DNA from: an uncultured bacterium
GTDB lineage: Bacteria > Verrucomicrobiota > Verrucomicrobiia > Verrucomicrobiales > DEV007
Assembly: GCA_963977015.1 (NCBI GenBank)
Contig: CAXBMO010000005.1
Coordinates: 96,001 to 160,000, forward strand
Direction of reading: 5' to 3'
DNA: 64,000 bases
Part shown: piece after piece, positions 20,024 through 30,387 of the stretch
How positions within the stretch are numbered: the stretch's first letter is position 1
How the letters are laid out: each line of letters starts with the position of its first letter
The notes under the pieces: model-generated
Told to the model about the DNA's origin: nothing
The model's database searches: none
What the model saw: the letters and a program-made list of their open reading frames with translations, nothing else
Translations under genes and position numbers: made by a program

Positions 20024-20556
20024 TACTTCAGATCATTCCACTTGTTGACCAATCCCTCACGTTTCCCGCCGATCTCATAGAGCCGGCCCTTATCGTGCAC
20101 CATCTCTTCCCTCGAAAGTCCCGTAATCGCATAGTCTTTGCGCAGGAAAATGGCCTGTTCCGGACAAACCTCCTCACACAGCCCGCAATAGATGCAGCGA
20201 ATCATATCAATCTCGAACGCCTTGGGCCGCTTCTCGACTTTTGCCCAGGTCTCATCGTTCGGGATCTCTTCCGGCGTAATCGTGATGGCACGCGGCGGAC
20301 AAATAAATTCGCAGAGTTGGCAGGCAACACACCGCTCCCGATCCTGTTCGTCGGTCACCAGAGCTGGTGCACCGCGATAGTATTGCGGCAGATTCTCGTC
20401 CCACTTTTCCTCGGGATACTGCATCGCCACCTTGGTCTTCCCCCGAAACATCCGGAAGAAGTGCCCCGCCGTAATCATCAACCCTTTGAGGATGGTCGGC
20501 AGATACAGCTTGTCACCAAGACTGAGTTTGGGGCGTTGAACAACTTTGGTAGCCAT
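20023..20556 (-). CDS. nuoI: NADH-quinone oxidoreductase subunit I
   Basis: QYPEE, plus two CxxCxxCxxxCP 4Fe-4S motifs (CVACQLCEFICP, CIYCGLCEEVCP). Confidence 0.95.
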   Translation of the reverse strand: MATKVVQRPKLSLGDKLYLPTILKGLMITAGHFFRMFRGKTKVAMQYPEEKWDENLPQYYRGAPALVTDEQDRERCVACQLCEFICPPRAITITPEEIPNDETWAKVEKRPKAFEIDMIRCIYCGLCEEVCPEQAIFLRKDYAITGLSREEMVHDKGRLYEIGGKREGLVNKWNDLK

Positions 20557-20559
20557 GAT

Positions 20560-21714
20560 TCAGGGAGTAGCAATCGTGCTAGAGTTGAGGAAGATCAAAA
20601 TGCCAGCCGTCAGCAACACATTGAAGAGGGCAATTTCAAAAAACCAGACCCAACCAAGTTTCATGAGTTGATCATAGCGAAAACGAGGAATCGACCAACG
20701 CACCCAGATAAAGAAAATGATGAAGGCAACGACCTTGATGAGGAAGGTTCCGAATTGGAGCAGTGCCACGGGAAGGCCGACCGTTTCCACCTGACCTGCA
20801 GAGAGTCCAAACGGCAAACTCCAACCTCCGAGGAACAACGTGACCGCGAATCCTGAGCCAATAATCATCGCGGCGTATTCGCCCAGGAAAAACAGGGCAA
20901 ACTTCATCGACGAATACTCGGTATGGTAGCCCGCGACCAATTCCGTCTCACACTCGGCCAAATCAAACGGCAGACGGTTGGTCTCAGCGAAGATCGAGGT
21001 GGTGAAAACGATGAAAGATATGAAAACCGGGATCAGCAGCAGGAGATGTTTCCCTCCCGCATAAACGAATCCTCCGTCCTGCCATCGGAACACAGCGTTC
21101 TCTCCCCAAAACGGCAACAACGCCCAGCCGTTCTTCGCCTGCTCGGCCACGATGTCTCCCATATTAGGATTGCCGTAAATCATCAGAATCGGAACAATGG
21201 AGAGACCGAGCGCAATTTCGTAGGAAATCATCTGGGCACTGGAGCGAACTCCCCCGAAAAAGGGATACTTGGAATTCGATGCCCAACCAGCCAACACAAT
21301 GCCGTAAACACTCAACGACGTAATCGCGAGGATGAACAATGGCCCGATATTCAAATCGGCGATGACCAGTTTCATGTCCTGCTTGAGGCCCAACCAATCC
21401 AAATCCAAAGTCGATCCAAACGGCAATACCGCGCAACTGACCAACGCGGGAACAAGAACCAGACAAGGAGCCAGCCAATAGTAGAACTTGTTCACATGGG
21501 CCGGGGTGATGTCCTCTTTGAGCAAAAACTTGAGGCCATCCGCGATCGGCTGAGCCAATCCGTTGAACCCGACGCGGTTTGGTCCCAGGCGATCCTGAAT
21601 GAACGCACTAACGCGTCGTTCTGCGTAAACAGAATAAGCCACCATCGGCAGAATCGTTAGAAAAACGAGGCCGATGATTTTCACAAGCGAACTGAGGATG
21701 AGAAACCAGTCCAT
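20560..21714 (-). CDS. nuoH: NADH-quinone oxidoreductase subunit H
   Basis: ERRVSAFIQDRLGPNRVG, AETNRLPFDLAECETELVAGYHTEYS, PRFRYDQLM. Start set at MDWF (21714). Confidence 0.96.
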   Translation of the reverse strand: MDWFLILSSLVKIIGLVFLTILPMVAYSVYAERRVSAFIQDRLGPNRVGFNGLAQPIADGLKFLLKEDITPAHVNKFYYWLAPCLVLVPALVSCAVLPFGSTLDLDWLGLKQDMKLVIADLNIGPLFILAITSLSVYGIVLAGWASNSKYPFFGGVRSSAQMISYEIALGLSIVPILMIYGNPNMGDIVAEQAKNGWALLPFWGENAVFRWQDGGFVYAGGKHLLLLIPVFISFIVFTTSIFAETNRLPFDLAECETELVAGYHTEYSSMKFALFFLGEYAAMIIGSGFAVTLFLGGWSLPFGLSAGQVETVGLPVALLQFGTFLIKVVAFIIFFIWVRWSIPRFRYDQLMKLGWVWFFEIALFNVLLTAGILIFLNSSTIATP

Positions 21715-21780
21715 GGCGCGGGCAAGAGCGTGGGCTCTGGCTAGCACGATGCGAAGTGTCTGGATGCGAGCAACCTGATT

Positions 21781-21798
21781 TTGTGAAATTTTTCACAA
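21781..21798. promoter_or_regulatory. Rex-type operator upstream of nuoH-N
   Basis: TTGTGAA-ATTT-TTCACAA is an exact match to the Rex consensus TTGTGAA-N4-TTCACAA, 66 nt upstream of nuoH. Confidence 0.75.
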
Positions 21799-21937
21799 AC
21801 TCCTACGGAATTATGAAATATCATGAATTCTTGAAAATTTAAAGAAGGCCGTACCAGCCAATCCCCACTTCGGCCCAGGTGGTAAGAACTGGATTCCTTC
21901 CTTGAATCATGGAAAATTCCCTCGGCTGCTTTTTCCC

Positions 21938-22663
21938 ATGAACTCCTCGCCCATCCCCTACCTACGGATCGAAGAGATCAACGATGCGGAAAGGCTACGT
22001 CAAATTTACGAAGACTCAGACCATTCTCATTACTGGACCACGGATTGGTCACCACAGACCTATGTCGCGCTCGCCAAAGCCGGGTTCATTTCCACCCATT
22101 TTCATCACCCTGAACTTGGAGGGATACTTCTGCCTGAAATGCAGAGGGAATATGCGGTATTGGATTGGAGGGATCTGAAAATGGGGCGAACGATGCGGCG
22201 CTGGATCAATTCTCCGGCCTGCCGGGATCGGGAGTATCGCCTTTCTCTCGATCACGATCTTCAAGCTGTCATCTCAGGTATCGAAATGGCACACGGAAAT
22301 CGCAACTGGCTGCGGAATGAATACGTTCACTTGTTGATGGAATTGGAAGGGTCAAACGCCCATCCTGACTTTCGCCTCCGGCCCATGGCACTAATCGACA
22401 AGCGGCAAAACGTCGTCGCAGGCGAAATTGGCTACCAAGTTGGAATGGTCTACACCAGCCTGACCGGCTTCATGAATCGAAGCGACAAAACGCTTCGCAA
22501 CGTCGGGAAATACCAACTCTACCTCTTGGCTGAACAACTCCAGAAATCAGAAATCGAGTTTTGGAATCTCGGGCATCCTTACATGGATTACAAACTGGAA
22601 CTCGGTGCCAAGATTCTCGATCGGCAACGCTTTCTCCAGCGCTGGCCGACCTTCGAATCTTGA
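21938..22663 (+). CDS. Leucyl/phenylalanyl-tRNA--protein transferase-like (GNAT fold) protein
   Basis: LLPEMQREYAVLDWRDLKMGRTMRR, NWLRNEY, VVAGEIGYQVGMVYTSLTGF, FWNLGHPYMDYKLELGA. Start set at ATG 21938. Confidence 0.7.
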   Translation: MNSSPIPYLRIEEINDAERLRQIYEDSDHSHYWTTDWSPQTYVALAKAGFISTHFHHPELGGILLPEMQREYAVLDWRDLKMGRTMRRWINSPACRDREYRLSLDHDLQAVISGIEMAHGNRNWLRNEYVHLLMELEGSNAHPDFRLRPMALIDKRQNVVAGEIGYQVGMVYTSLTGFMNRSDKTLRNVGKYQLYLLAEQLQKSEIEFWNLGHPYMDYKLELGAKILDRQRFLQRWPTFES

Positions 22664-22673
22664 AAGGCCTTTC

Positions 22674-25600
22674 CTATTGGAAGAAGCTGTCGAAGCCATC
22701 TGCGCCGCCTTCTTCCATGCCTCCGCCAGCACCAAATGGCTCAGATTCCGGAGGAGCAGGAGCTGGCGTTGGAACGGATGGCGGAGCCGAAGACTGTGCC
22801 CTGCTAGTAGTTTGCTGCAATGCATCTCCCGCGCCGAACGTCTCGACAAGAGCGAGAGATATCATCACCCGTCCGTTCTCAACCCGCGTTTGGAGAGCCA
22901 CCGTGAGCGGAGTCATCACATTGTCGCTGCCAGAGATCGCGGCGCTGGTGAACCCACTTCCGGTGCTGCCAACTGGAATGGAACTATAATCCGCTCCCGA
23001 CTGGTCGTCACCCGCGTTCTGCTCAAACAGTTCAGCGAGAGCGTCGCCAATTTGATCATCAACAACATCGTTGCCATCAAAGCGCTCAACGCCACGTGTA
23101 TCGAGCGTATTGCTGATGCTCGATTGCAACTCTTCGACCGTGCCTCCCACAAAGATAATTGGCGTGCCATCAAATCCAACGGAGACAGTTGGTGTCGGAG
23201 GAATGACAGCGGCTTTCTTTGTCGGAATTGTAATCACGATGGGCTGGGAAATAATCCGGGCCCTGCGAATGAATGGCAAGGGGTCGCCACCACCACCACG
23301 ACCGGCATTGATCGGTGTCAATCCTCCACCGGGAATGTACAAATCGTTCGGGTTCGCCAAGTAGAGTCCATAACGTCCAAAGGAGTTGATCAATGCGTAA
23401 GACTTCGCAGGATCATTTTCAGGAGTAAAGGAACCCACTGGTGGATCTGTGGTGTCAGGATCATGAAGATTAAAGGTAAACTCCGTTGCCTCGTATTCAT
23501 CAGCCCGCTTGTTTCCAGAGGTTGCGGTTCCCTGGTAGGAGCCTGCGTTAAACAGGGTTCCCGTTGCAATATTCATCGCACTCGCCCGGGTTGGGGCATA
23601 AACCCGCAATTCACCAAACAGCCCATTACTGGCGCTGCTGATCGCGACTCCGTTTGCGTTCCCGGGAGACACTCGCGTGGTGATGGATCCTGTGCCTGCA
23701 ATGGTTGGATTGTCGCGGCTCACCGCGATGTAGGTGTTCCCCACCCGACTCACGACGCCATTGTGGTTCGCCCGGTTGTCAGTTGAATCACGATGTCCAA
23801 TCATCACCCGGTTAAAGTCCAGGTCACCAGGATCAAACGTATCCTGCGTCCCATACGCAGTGAACGAGGATGAGCCGTTGGAGAAATTTCGGCCATCGTC
23901 CAAGCCAATGGACACATTGGATTCATCAGCATCTAGAATCAGGTCGTCACCAACTTTGACGGCGATATTACCTTCCCACCGGGTTTCCCGGCCTCTGCCA
24001 TCGATTCCTGTTTCCACGGCGTTCCTCTCATTGATGGTCCGGTAATCACCATGACCGATTTTCACCGAGGCGTTGTCTCCCGACCCCGCATAAACCAACA
24101 TGTCATCGCCGACGGTCACATCAATATCGCCAGAGAGAACCGTTCTGCGGCGGCTGCGGTTTCCACCCCAGGCATCGATATCACCTCCATGACCGATGCC
24201 GGCTCGAGCGTCGCGAAACTCCCCAGCAGCAACAATCAAATCATTTCCGGCCGTCACATTGAGGTTTTGATCAATGACGGTGAGGTTGTTGTGCTGTCCG
24301 CCGTGCCCGATGGCAGCGTGTCCACCTTGTGCGCGTCGGTTAGCATCCGAGGTCAGATCCCCTCCGCCGTAAATATAACCTTGAGAGGTTGTTCCTGCGG
24401 TTGAATCCGTCACCGTTTCGGTCAGCAAATCCCCTTCATACTGGAAATTTCCCGCACCGCCTGAAGCCGCCGAGGTATTATCGACTCCGGCCAACAGGAT
24501 AATATCTCCAGTCGCGGCAACCACATCAATCTGCCCGGTGACCGTTGTGCCATTGTTGTAGGCATCGTTGTTGTCGCCCTGAATATCTGTATCAAATCCA
24601 CCATGACCAATTTGACCAAAGTTGTTTCCTTGGTTGTAAGCCGACTCAGTCCCTCGAATCGAGATATTGTTCTGCGCATAGACATTGATGTCTCCATCCC
24701 AGAACTCAGCCCGTGAATCGCGTCCACCATGACCGATGATGGCCCAGAGTTCCCGATAGCCATGTCCGGCATGAACCTCGACATCTCCGCCACCAGCGCG
24801 AACCGTAATGTCGGAATTGAGGATCGAGCCAGCGCTGCTTCTTCCGCCATGACCAATCTGGCCCCACGAATAGTCTGCGATCTCAATCGCAGCATCCCCA
24901 TTTCCGCCATGAACATAGACGCTGCCCATGGTTGAGATGACCGAAATGTCGCCTTCAGCCATGACTCCCTGCACACCAGCCAGGTTACCATTACCGCCGC
25001 CACTGTCCGCATCATAACCACCGTGACCGATCATGGCCTGACCATGCCGCCCCATACCGGCCTTGAAGGAAATATCATTCTTGGCTGAAACGGTGATGGA
25101 ACCCACTTTGTTTCCACGGACAACGACGCCACCGTGACCGATTTGCGTGAAGTTCTGCTCAGAGCGACGCGAACTGAAGGCATCCGGCGTTGGCTGGGAG
25201 GTGTGATTGGAATAGCCCTGTTGAATGTCCGATCCCACAAAAAGAATCGCTCCATCGTTCGCGGTCACGGTGATATCTCCGCCGATCCCGCCCACATTGA
25301 AGGCGGCACCATCAGTCAGGGTGTGCCCAATCGCCGCATGAGACTTCACCGCTCTCAAGGTAAACAGATCGTCAGCTTCATCGTTAAACCGGCCACCGGT
25401 CACATTCTGTACCATCGCCAAATTCGAGTTGCTCGACTGGGGGGCAATGAACTCGATATCCCCGGTGGTGGTGGTCACAATAATGGAGGAATCACGACTG
25501 GAACCGGCGATCCCGCCAAGTTGCTCTTCCTGTCTTCCTCCGTTGTTGCTCTGATTATTCTCAAAGTCAGGGTTCTTACCGCCATGGCCAATCATGACAA

Positions 25601-28600
25601 AGTTGCCGTCGCCGGTGGCGTCTCCCAGAGAGTAGACATCATCATCCGTCCCCAAAATGGTATCCGCGCCCGCATCCTGCTTCGCGGAATCCCAACCCGC
25701 AACTGCTTCAAAACGAATCCCCGTTCCAGCATTCACCGTGATTTTGCCATAATGGTCTCCCCTGGTGTTGTTTCCGCCATGCCCAATCATCGCATGCTGA
25801 GAGTTGTCCGGAATGAATTCGTCCGGGCGTCCCGACATGAAGTCAATCGAGCCTCCGGCATTCACTGTAATGTCACCATGGTGACCATTGTTGAGGAGAC
25901 GGTTGGGCCCTTCTGAAAGAGCCACCCACCCGAATCCACCATGACCAATCTGTGAATACGCCCGTGCATCGTCATTGGGATTTGGGGAACCTCCACTGCG
26001 GAAATGGATGTTGTTGGCAGCTTTGACATCGATGTCGCCCTGAAGGGTTCCCTGAACCCCTTGCTGATTGGTATTCCAAGTCGCAATCACGCCACCATGA
26101 CCAATTTGAGCGTAGCCCTCGCGAGCTCCAGCCTCGAAGCGAACATCGCTCAAGCGAGCTTCCACCTCAATATCACCGGCAATATTTCCGGGCGACTGGT
26201 ATCCGCCGTGACCAATGCGAACAATGCGTTGATCGTCCGCATCCTCTTTGTTCAGGAACAAAACACTGTTTCCTTTCACCGAAATATTGGCCTTCTCAAT
26301 CACATTCCCGTTCGCGTCAAACATCCCAATATTACCGGCGCGTTCATGACCGCCATGACCAACAATCGCAGCGGAGCGACTTGAAGTTCCTGCTTCAAAA
26401 ATGACGTTTCCGTTGGTCGCGTCCACCGTAATGTCTCCACGATCGCCGACCGGATTGCCATCTGGAGTGAGCAAGTCAGGATCAAATGCCCGTGGCCCCA
26501 ACGTCGTGTCAAAGTTCAGTGCACTATCCCGCACGTTTGCGTTGTTGGTATCAACGCCTTCCGTTTGGTCATACGTCCGGCCATTTCGATAACCACCGTT
26601 TCCGATCTGGGCAAACCCGGCCCAACCATTTCCCTCGTTTCCCTGGGCCACAATGTCACCCGTCCCATGGTTGACCACTGAAATATCTCCCATGAATGCC
26701 CCGGCACCACGGGCGTCATCTGCATTGTCAGGGTTGGCCATCCCTCCGTTTCCAATCCGGGAGTAGCCCCCTTCCCGACCTGCCTGAAGCAGGATCGCGC
26801 TGGGTGCACTACCCAATCCGGCATTCACCGTGATATCGCCGGAGCTGTCCGCGTTGATCAGATCAAAGCCAATTCCATTCCCTCCGGCATCGTTGACCCC
26901 GTTTCCTCCATGTCCGATCTGGGTATACTTATAGCTGTCACCATTTCCCTGCTCACCCAACATGTGAAGGGAGCCCTGCAATTCGACGTTGATGTCACCT
27001 GTCGAATCGGAGGCAAGAACTGCGGCACCAAGATCAGTCGCCGTAAGATCAATCGACCCGGTTGCGGCGCCATTTGCACCTTCCCGGTGAGTGGATGAAT
27101 TGATTAAGCCGTATACCCCGGCTCCACCAGACTCGACGTTCGTCGTTGGACGATACCCCAGGTGCGCAAAGCGATGGCTTCCACCGAGCGGAACTTCGAG
27201 AATAAGATCACGGGCCACCACATTGGTCTCACCGAACCGGCTGCCAACCTGGACCGCTTGATCATTCACCGAGGTATTCAATCTTACGGTTCCCCGTGTC
27301 AATTCGGAGGATGGAGTTCCAAAACTCAGCAACTGAGAAAGACCAATGTTTCCGCCAATCCCTTCATTGTCGGTATTGGCAATTCCAGCCGGATCCGTCG
27401 GCGTCGATGGAATGCCAGTCGTTCCATTCCAACCGGCAAACAGGTTCACGTTGCCCATGCCATTACTGATGATGTGGCCTTCCACCGTAATGTTACCGGT
27501 CGCGAGGAGCGTGAATGAATGGAAGTTCTCGGCGTAACGAGCGCCCCCGATCATGGAGTTTGAATTCGGCGCGCCCCATTCGATTCGGACGTCATTATCG
27601 ACGAGAATGTTCCCGATATCGGTTCCAGCACCTGCGGTATGGATGATCAAATTGTTCGCAGCCAATGCCGCATTGACATCATCATCGGTCAATGTTGCTC
27701 CAGACGAATTTGTTGCGGCGCCATCCACAATCGTGACATCCGTCGGGTCGAGCAGCAGGGTGCCAACCGCGCCATTTTGCGAAAGCGTGGAAACATTTCC
27801 GCGGAACGTCAGTTGATCCGCTCCCGACACTTCCACAAACCCGCCGTTCCCGATTCCGGCACCTTCGGCTTCAATCCGACCGTGGAACTGGGTCTCGCCA
27901 TCCGACCAGATCACCACATTTCCACCGTCTCCATCCGATCCATTGGCCCGGACCAGCGCTCCGGCAGCCACGGTGGTTTTGGAAGAGTTCCGCAACGCGC
28001 CGTTCCCCTGAAAACCGCCTCCGATATTGATATCGCCACCGGACACTCCAGAAGCATCAACCAGAGCCTGTGGACCAACTTCCACTTCGTCTCCCGTGGC
28101 ATTGATTGTTCCACCGGAATTTTCAGACCCAACCGCGCTGACACTTCCAAGAATACTCAACCCATCGGCGGCTTGAAGATTGATGGTTCCTCCCGAGGCA
28201 CCATTTGCATTGACTGAGCCAACGACGCCAACTTCAACGTCCGTCCCGACGACGAGAATGGATCCACCATCACCAGTTTCTCCATTCGAGTTCACCTGAC
28301 CGGCAATGGTCGCAGTATCGACCGCACTGACGTTGATCAATCCACCGTTGTTCCCACCGTCTGCGACCACGTTTCCGGTTTGACCGATCATCACATTTTC
28401 TCCGGAAATCGCAATGCGACCACCATTGCCAACTCGTCCATTGGCCGAGGCAACACCATCAACGGAAACCAGGCCGCTTCCGGTCAAACTCAGAACACCA
28501 CCCTCCGTTTCGCCATCGGCCCCCAGAGTGCTGTTGCCGTAAATCACGATGTCACCAGCCCGCAAATCAACCATTCCACCGATACCGGTATTACCGTCCG

Positions 28601-29666
28601 CCCGCACAATGGCGCCCGCCTGAACTTCAATCCGACCGGATTCAGCATTCCCCCCGATCTGGACGGTTCCGCCCTCCGGCCCCGACGCACTAACGTTCGC
28701 ATCAGCCAGAAGGTTGACACTCTGTCCTGAAATATTCACTGAACCTCCCCGATCCCGACTGGAGTTGGCATTGAGAATTCCGCCGATCTGAATCTCCCCC
28801 ATACCCGAGGTAATTTCGATAGCACCGGAGTTGGCGACTGAAATCTCGCCGGTGGTCGAAACATTCCCCTGCACGGCGCTGAGCACGACACGACCACCTT
28901 CATTGTTGACGCCTCCGGCGCGAATGGCCCCCGTGTTATTGACGGCAAGGGCACCGACATTTCCGTGAGCTTTCAATTCCGCCATGGCGGAAACAATTTC
29001 GCCCGTGTTCGTTACACTTCCTTCTCCCGCACTGACGAAGAGCCGTTCACTTCCATTGGACTTGAACAAGACGTTGTTCCCAGCAGCAAGACCAACGGTT
29101 CCATCAACCGCACCAATCACCCCGTGGTTGGCAACCGTCCGACCGACGAGAAAGACATCGCCGCCAGCGGCATTGATGGTTCCAAAGTTGACGGTATCCC
29201 CAATTCCACCGTTGAAGTTCATGTCTCCTCCGGCCATGAAAGCCTCATTACTGACATCCAGTGACGAAGCCAAAAATCCAAAAACATCAACCGTTCCGGT
29301 CGGGCCGATCACGACGCCATTCTGGTTGATCAACCAGACGTTTCCATTTCCCCGCAGGGCTCCGTTGATCGCGGACGGACTCCCGCCGACAACCCGGTTC
29401 AAGACCGCGGATGACGCACCGGGCTGAAAGAACTGAGTCAATTGACCGCTATCGATCGAGAAGTTTTCCCATTCAATCACGGCTCGATCAGAAAATTGCT
29501 CAATCGAGAGCGTGTTTCCGGATGGGTCGTGAATCTGCGCATCACCCAAGATAATGCTTCCCCCACTCGGGTTGGACCAAACATTGACAGGCAGCCAAAT
29601 CATGGACGGAGTCAGAATCAACAAGACCAGCGCCTGGAAGAAAGTTTTTTGGCGAAGGTTTTTCAT
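22674..29666 (-). CDS. Large filamentous-haemagglutinin-like (TpsA) exoprotein 1 with IGHGG repeats (about 2330 aa)
   Basis: Signal peptide, then TPS domain (NPSGG...IEWENFSI...VLNRVVGG...WLINQNGV), Gly-rich beta-helical repeats, and about 20 (Q/M)IGHGG-type repeats. Start set at MKNLRQK (29666). Confidence 0.85.
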   Translation of the reverse strand: MKNLRQKTFFQALVLLILTPSMIWLPVNVWSNPSGGSIILGDAQIHDPSGNTLSIEQFSDRAVIEWENFSIDSGQLTQFFQPGASSAVLNRVVGGSPSAINGALRGNGNVWLINQNGVVIGPTGTVDVFGFLASSLDVSNEAFMAGGDMNFNGGIGDTVNFGTINAAGGDVFLVGRTVANHGVIGAVDGTVGLAAGNNVLFKSNGSERLFVSAGEGSVTNTGEIVSAMAELKAHGNVGALAVNNTGAIRAGGVNNEGGRVVLSAVQGNVSTTGEISVANSGAIEITSGMGEIQIGGILNANSSRDRGGSVNISGQSVNLLADANVSASGPEGGTVQIGGNAESGRIEVQAGAIVRADGNTGIGGMVDLRAGDIVIYGNSTLGADGETEGGVLSLTGSGLVSVDGVASANGRVGNGGRIAISGENVMIGQTGNVVADGGNNGGLINVSAVDTATIAGQVNSNGETGDGGSILVVGTDVEVGVVGSVNANGASGGTINLQAADGLSILGSVSAVGSENSGGTINATGDEVEVGPQALVDASGVSGGDINIGGGFQGNGALRNSSKTTVAAGALVRANGSDGDGGNVVIWSDGETQFHGRIEAEGAGIGNGGFVEVSGADQLTFRGNVSTLSQNGAVGTLLLDPTDVTIVDGAATNSSGATLTDDDVNAALAANNLIIHTAGAGTDIGNILVDNDVRIEWGAPNSNSMIGGARYAENFHSFTLLATGNITVEGHIISNGMGNVNLFAGWNGTTGIPSTPTDPAGIANTDNEGIGGNIGLSQLLSFGTPSSELTRGTVRLNTSVNDQAVQVGSRFGETNVVARDLILEVPLGGSHRFAHLGYRPTTNVESGGAGVYGLINSSTHREGANGAATGSIDLTATDLGAAVLASDSTGDINVELQGSLHMLGEQGNGDSYKYTQIGHGGNGVNDAGGNGIGFDLINADSSGDITVNAGLGSAPSAILLQAGREGGYSRIGNGGMANPDNADDARGAGAFMGDISVVNHGTGDIVAQGNEGNGWAGFAQIGNGGYRNGRTYDQTEGVDTNNANVRDSALNFDTTLGPRAFDPDLLTPDGNPVGDRGDITVDATNGNVIFEAGTSSRSAAIVGHGGHERAGNIGMFDANGNVIEKANISVKGNSVLFLNKEDADDQRIVRIGHGGYQSPGNIAGDIEVEARLSDVRFEAGAREGYAQIGHGGVIATWNTNQQGVQGTLQGDIDVKAANNIHFRSGGSPNPNDDARAYSQIGHGGFGWVALSEGPNRLLNNGHHGDITVNAGGSIDFMSGRPDEFIPDNSQHAMIGHGGNNTRGDHYGKITVNAGTGIRFEAVAGWDSAKQDAGADTILGTDDDVYSLGDATGDGNFVMIGHGGKNPDFENNQSNNGGRQEEQLGGIAGSSRDSSIIVTTTTGDIEFIAPQSSNSNLAMVQNVTGGRFNDEADDLFTLRAVKSHAAIGHTLTDGAAFNVGGIGGDITVTANDGAILFVGSDIQQGYSNHTSQPTPDAFSSRRSEQNFTQIGHGGVVVRGNKVGSITVSAKNDISFKAGMGRHGQAMIGHGGYDADSGGGNGNLAGVQGVMAEGDISVISTMGSVYVHGGNGDAAIEIADYSWGQIGHGGRSSAGSILNSDITVRAGGGDVEVHAGHGYRELWAIIGHGGRDSRAEFWDGDINVYAQNNISIRGTESAYNQGNNFGQIGHGGFDTDIQGDNNDAYNNGTTVTGQIDVVAATGDIILLAGVDNTSAASGGAGNFQYEGDLLTETVTDSTAGTTSQGYIYGGGDLTSDANRRAQGGHAAIGHGGQHNNLTVIDQNLNVTAGNDLIVAAGEFRDARAGIGHGGDIDAWGGNRSRRRTVLSGDIDVTVGDDMLVYAGSGDNASVKIGHGDYRTINERNAVETGIDGRGRETRWEGNIAVKVGDDLILDADESNVSIGLDDGRNFSNGSSSFTAYGTQDTFDPGDLDFNRVMIGHRDSTDNRANHNGVVSRVGNTYIAVSRDNPTIAGTGSITTRVSPGNANGVAISSASNGLFGELRVYAPTRASAMNIATGTLFNAGSYQGTATSGNKRADEYEATEFTFNLHDPDTTDPPVGSFTPENDPAKSYALINSFGRYGLYLANPNDLYIPGGGLTPINAGRGGGGDPLPFIRRARIISQPIVITIPTKKAAVIPPTPTVSVGFDGTPIIFVGGTVEELQSSISNTLDTRGVERFDGNDVVDDQIGDALAELFEQNAGDDQSGADYSSIPVGSTGSGFTSAAISGSDNVMTPLTVALQTRVENGRVMISLALVETFGAGDALQQTTSRAQSSAPPSVPTPAPAPPESEPFGAGGGMEEGGADGFDSFFQ

Positions 29667-29750
29667 AAGCGGGGGGGTGTTGGGGGATCTGTCCTGGTTC
29701 CTTCCAGGGGGGCAATTGCAGGGGCTTAGTATAATTTGTCGTCGAGCCAA

Positions 29751-29765
29751 AATTTGTGACAAATT
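29751..29765. promoter_or_regulatory. Perfect 15-bp palindrome upstream of TpsA-1, candidate transcription-factor site
   Basis: AATTTGT-G-ACAAATT, with an extra AATTTGT half-site at 29733-29739. Confidence 0.35.
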
Positions 29766-30387
29766 CGCTCGCTGGAGGCATTGAATCAGAAAGTAGCTAA
29801 ATAGAACAACCCTAAAGTTGTGTTTCAGGGTCGGCCTGAAGGTTGGGACGTGTCACAACGGGTCATTTCCCTTTCGGACAGGGCTTGTCTCCCGGCATTC
29901 GACTTGCCTTATTTGGATAAAAACTTCGCCCCAGAATTGTTGGAGAGGGCTGTCAATTTCATTCAAATTTACAGCCTGTTAGGCCATTACGGCCAATCAG
30001 CATCCCTTCACAAGTTCTGCACCAAGTGCGCCAGTGTATCGAGGGGAAGATATCAGCAGTCCATTCGCCCAAGCGTTCTCCCCCTGACTGACAATGCACC
30101 GTTTGTGGTCGATGACATCCCCTGAACTTGGCTTCCTACTGCATTCGTGCTTTTCAAAGTTAAAGAGCTCGCTCCGCTCGCTAGGCAAAGCCCTTACCGA
30201 AGCCCTTACGGTAGCCGAGGAAACGCTTCACTTTATCGCATGCCTCCTTACCGCCCATGCGGTCCCTCCTTTACGTCAAATTGCGAAGGAGGAGTCTGGA
30301 AGCCTTTGGAACAGATCCCTACTCCAAACAACCACCAGTCATCACTCCGCAACTTGTCGTCGATTCGTCGATTACTCTAACGGACCC

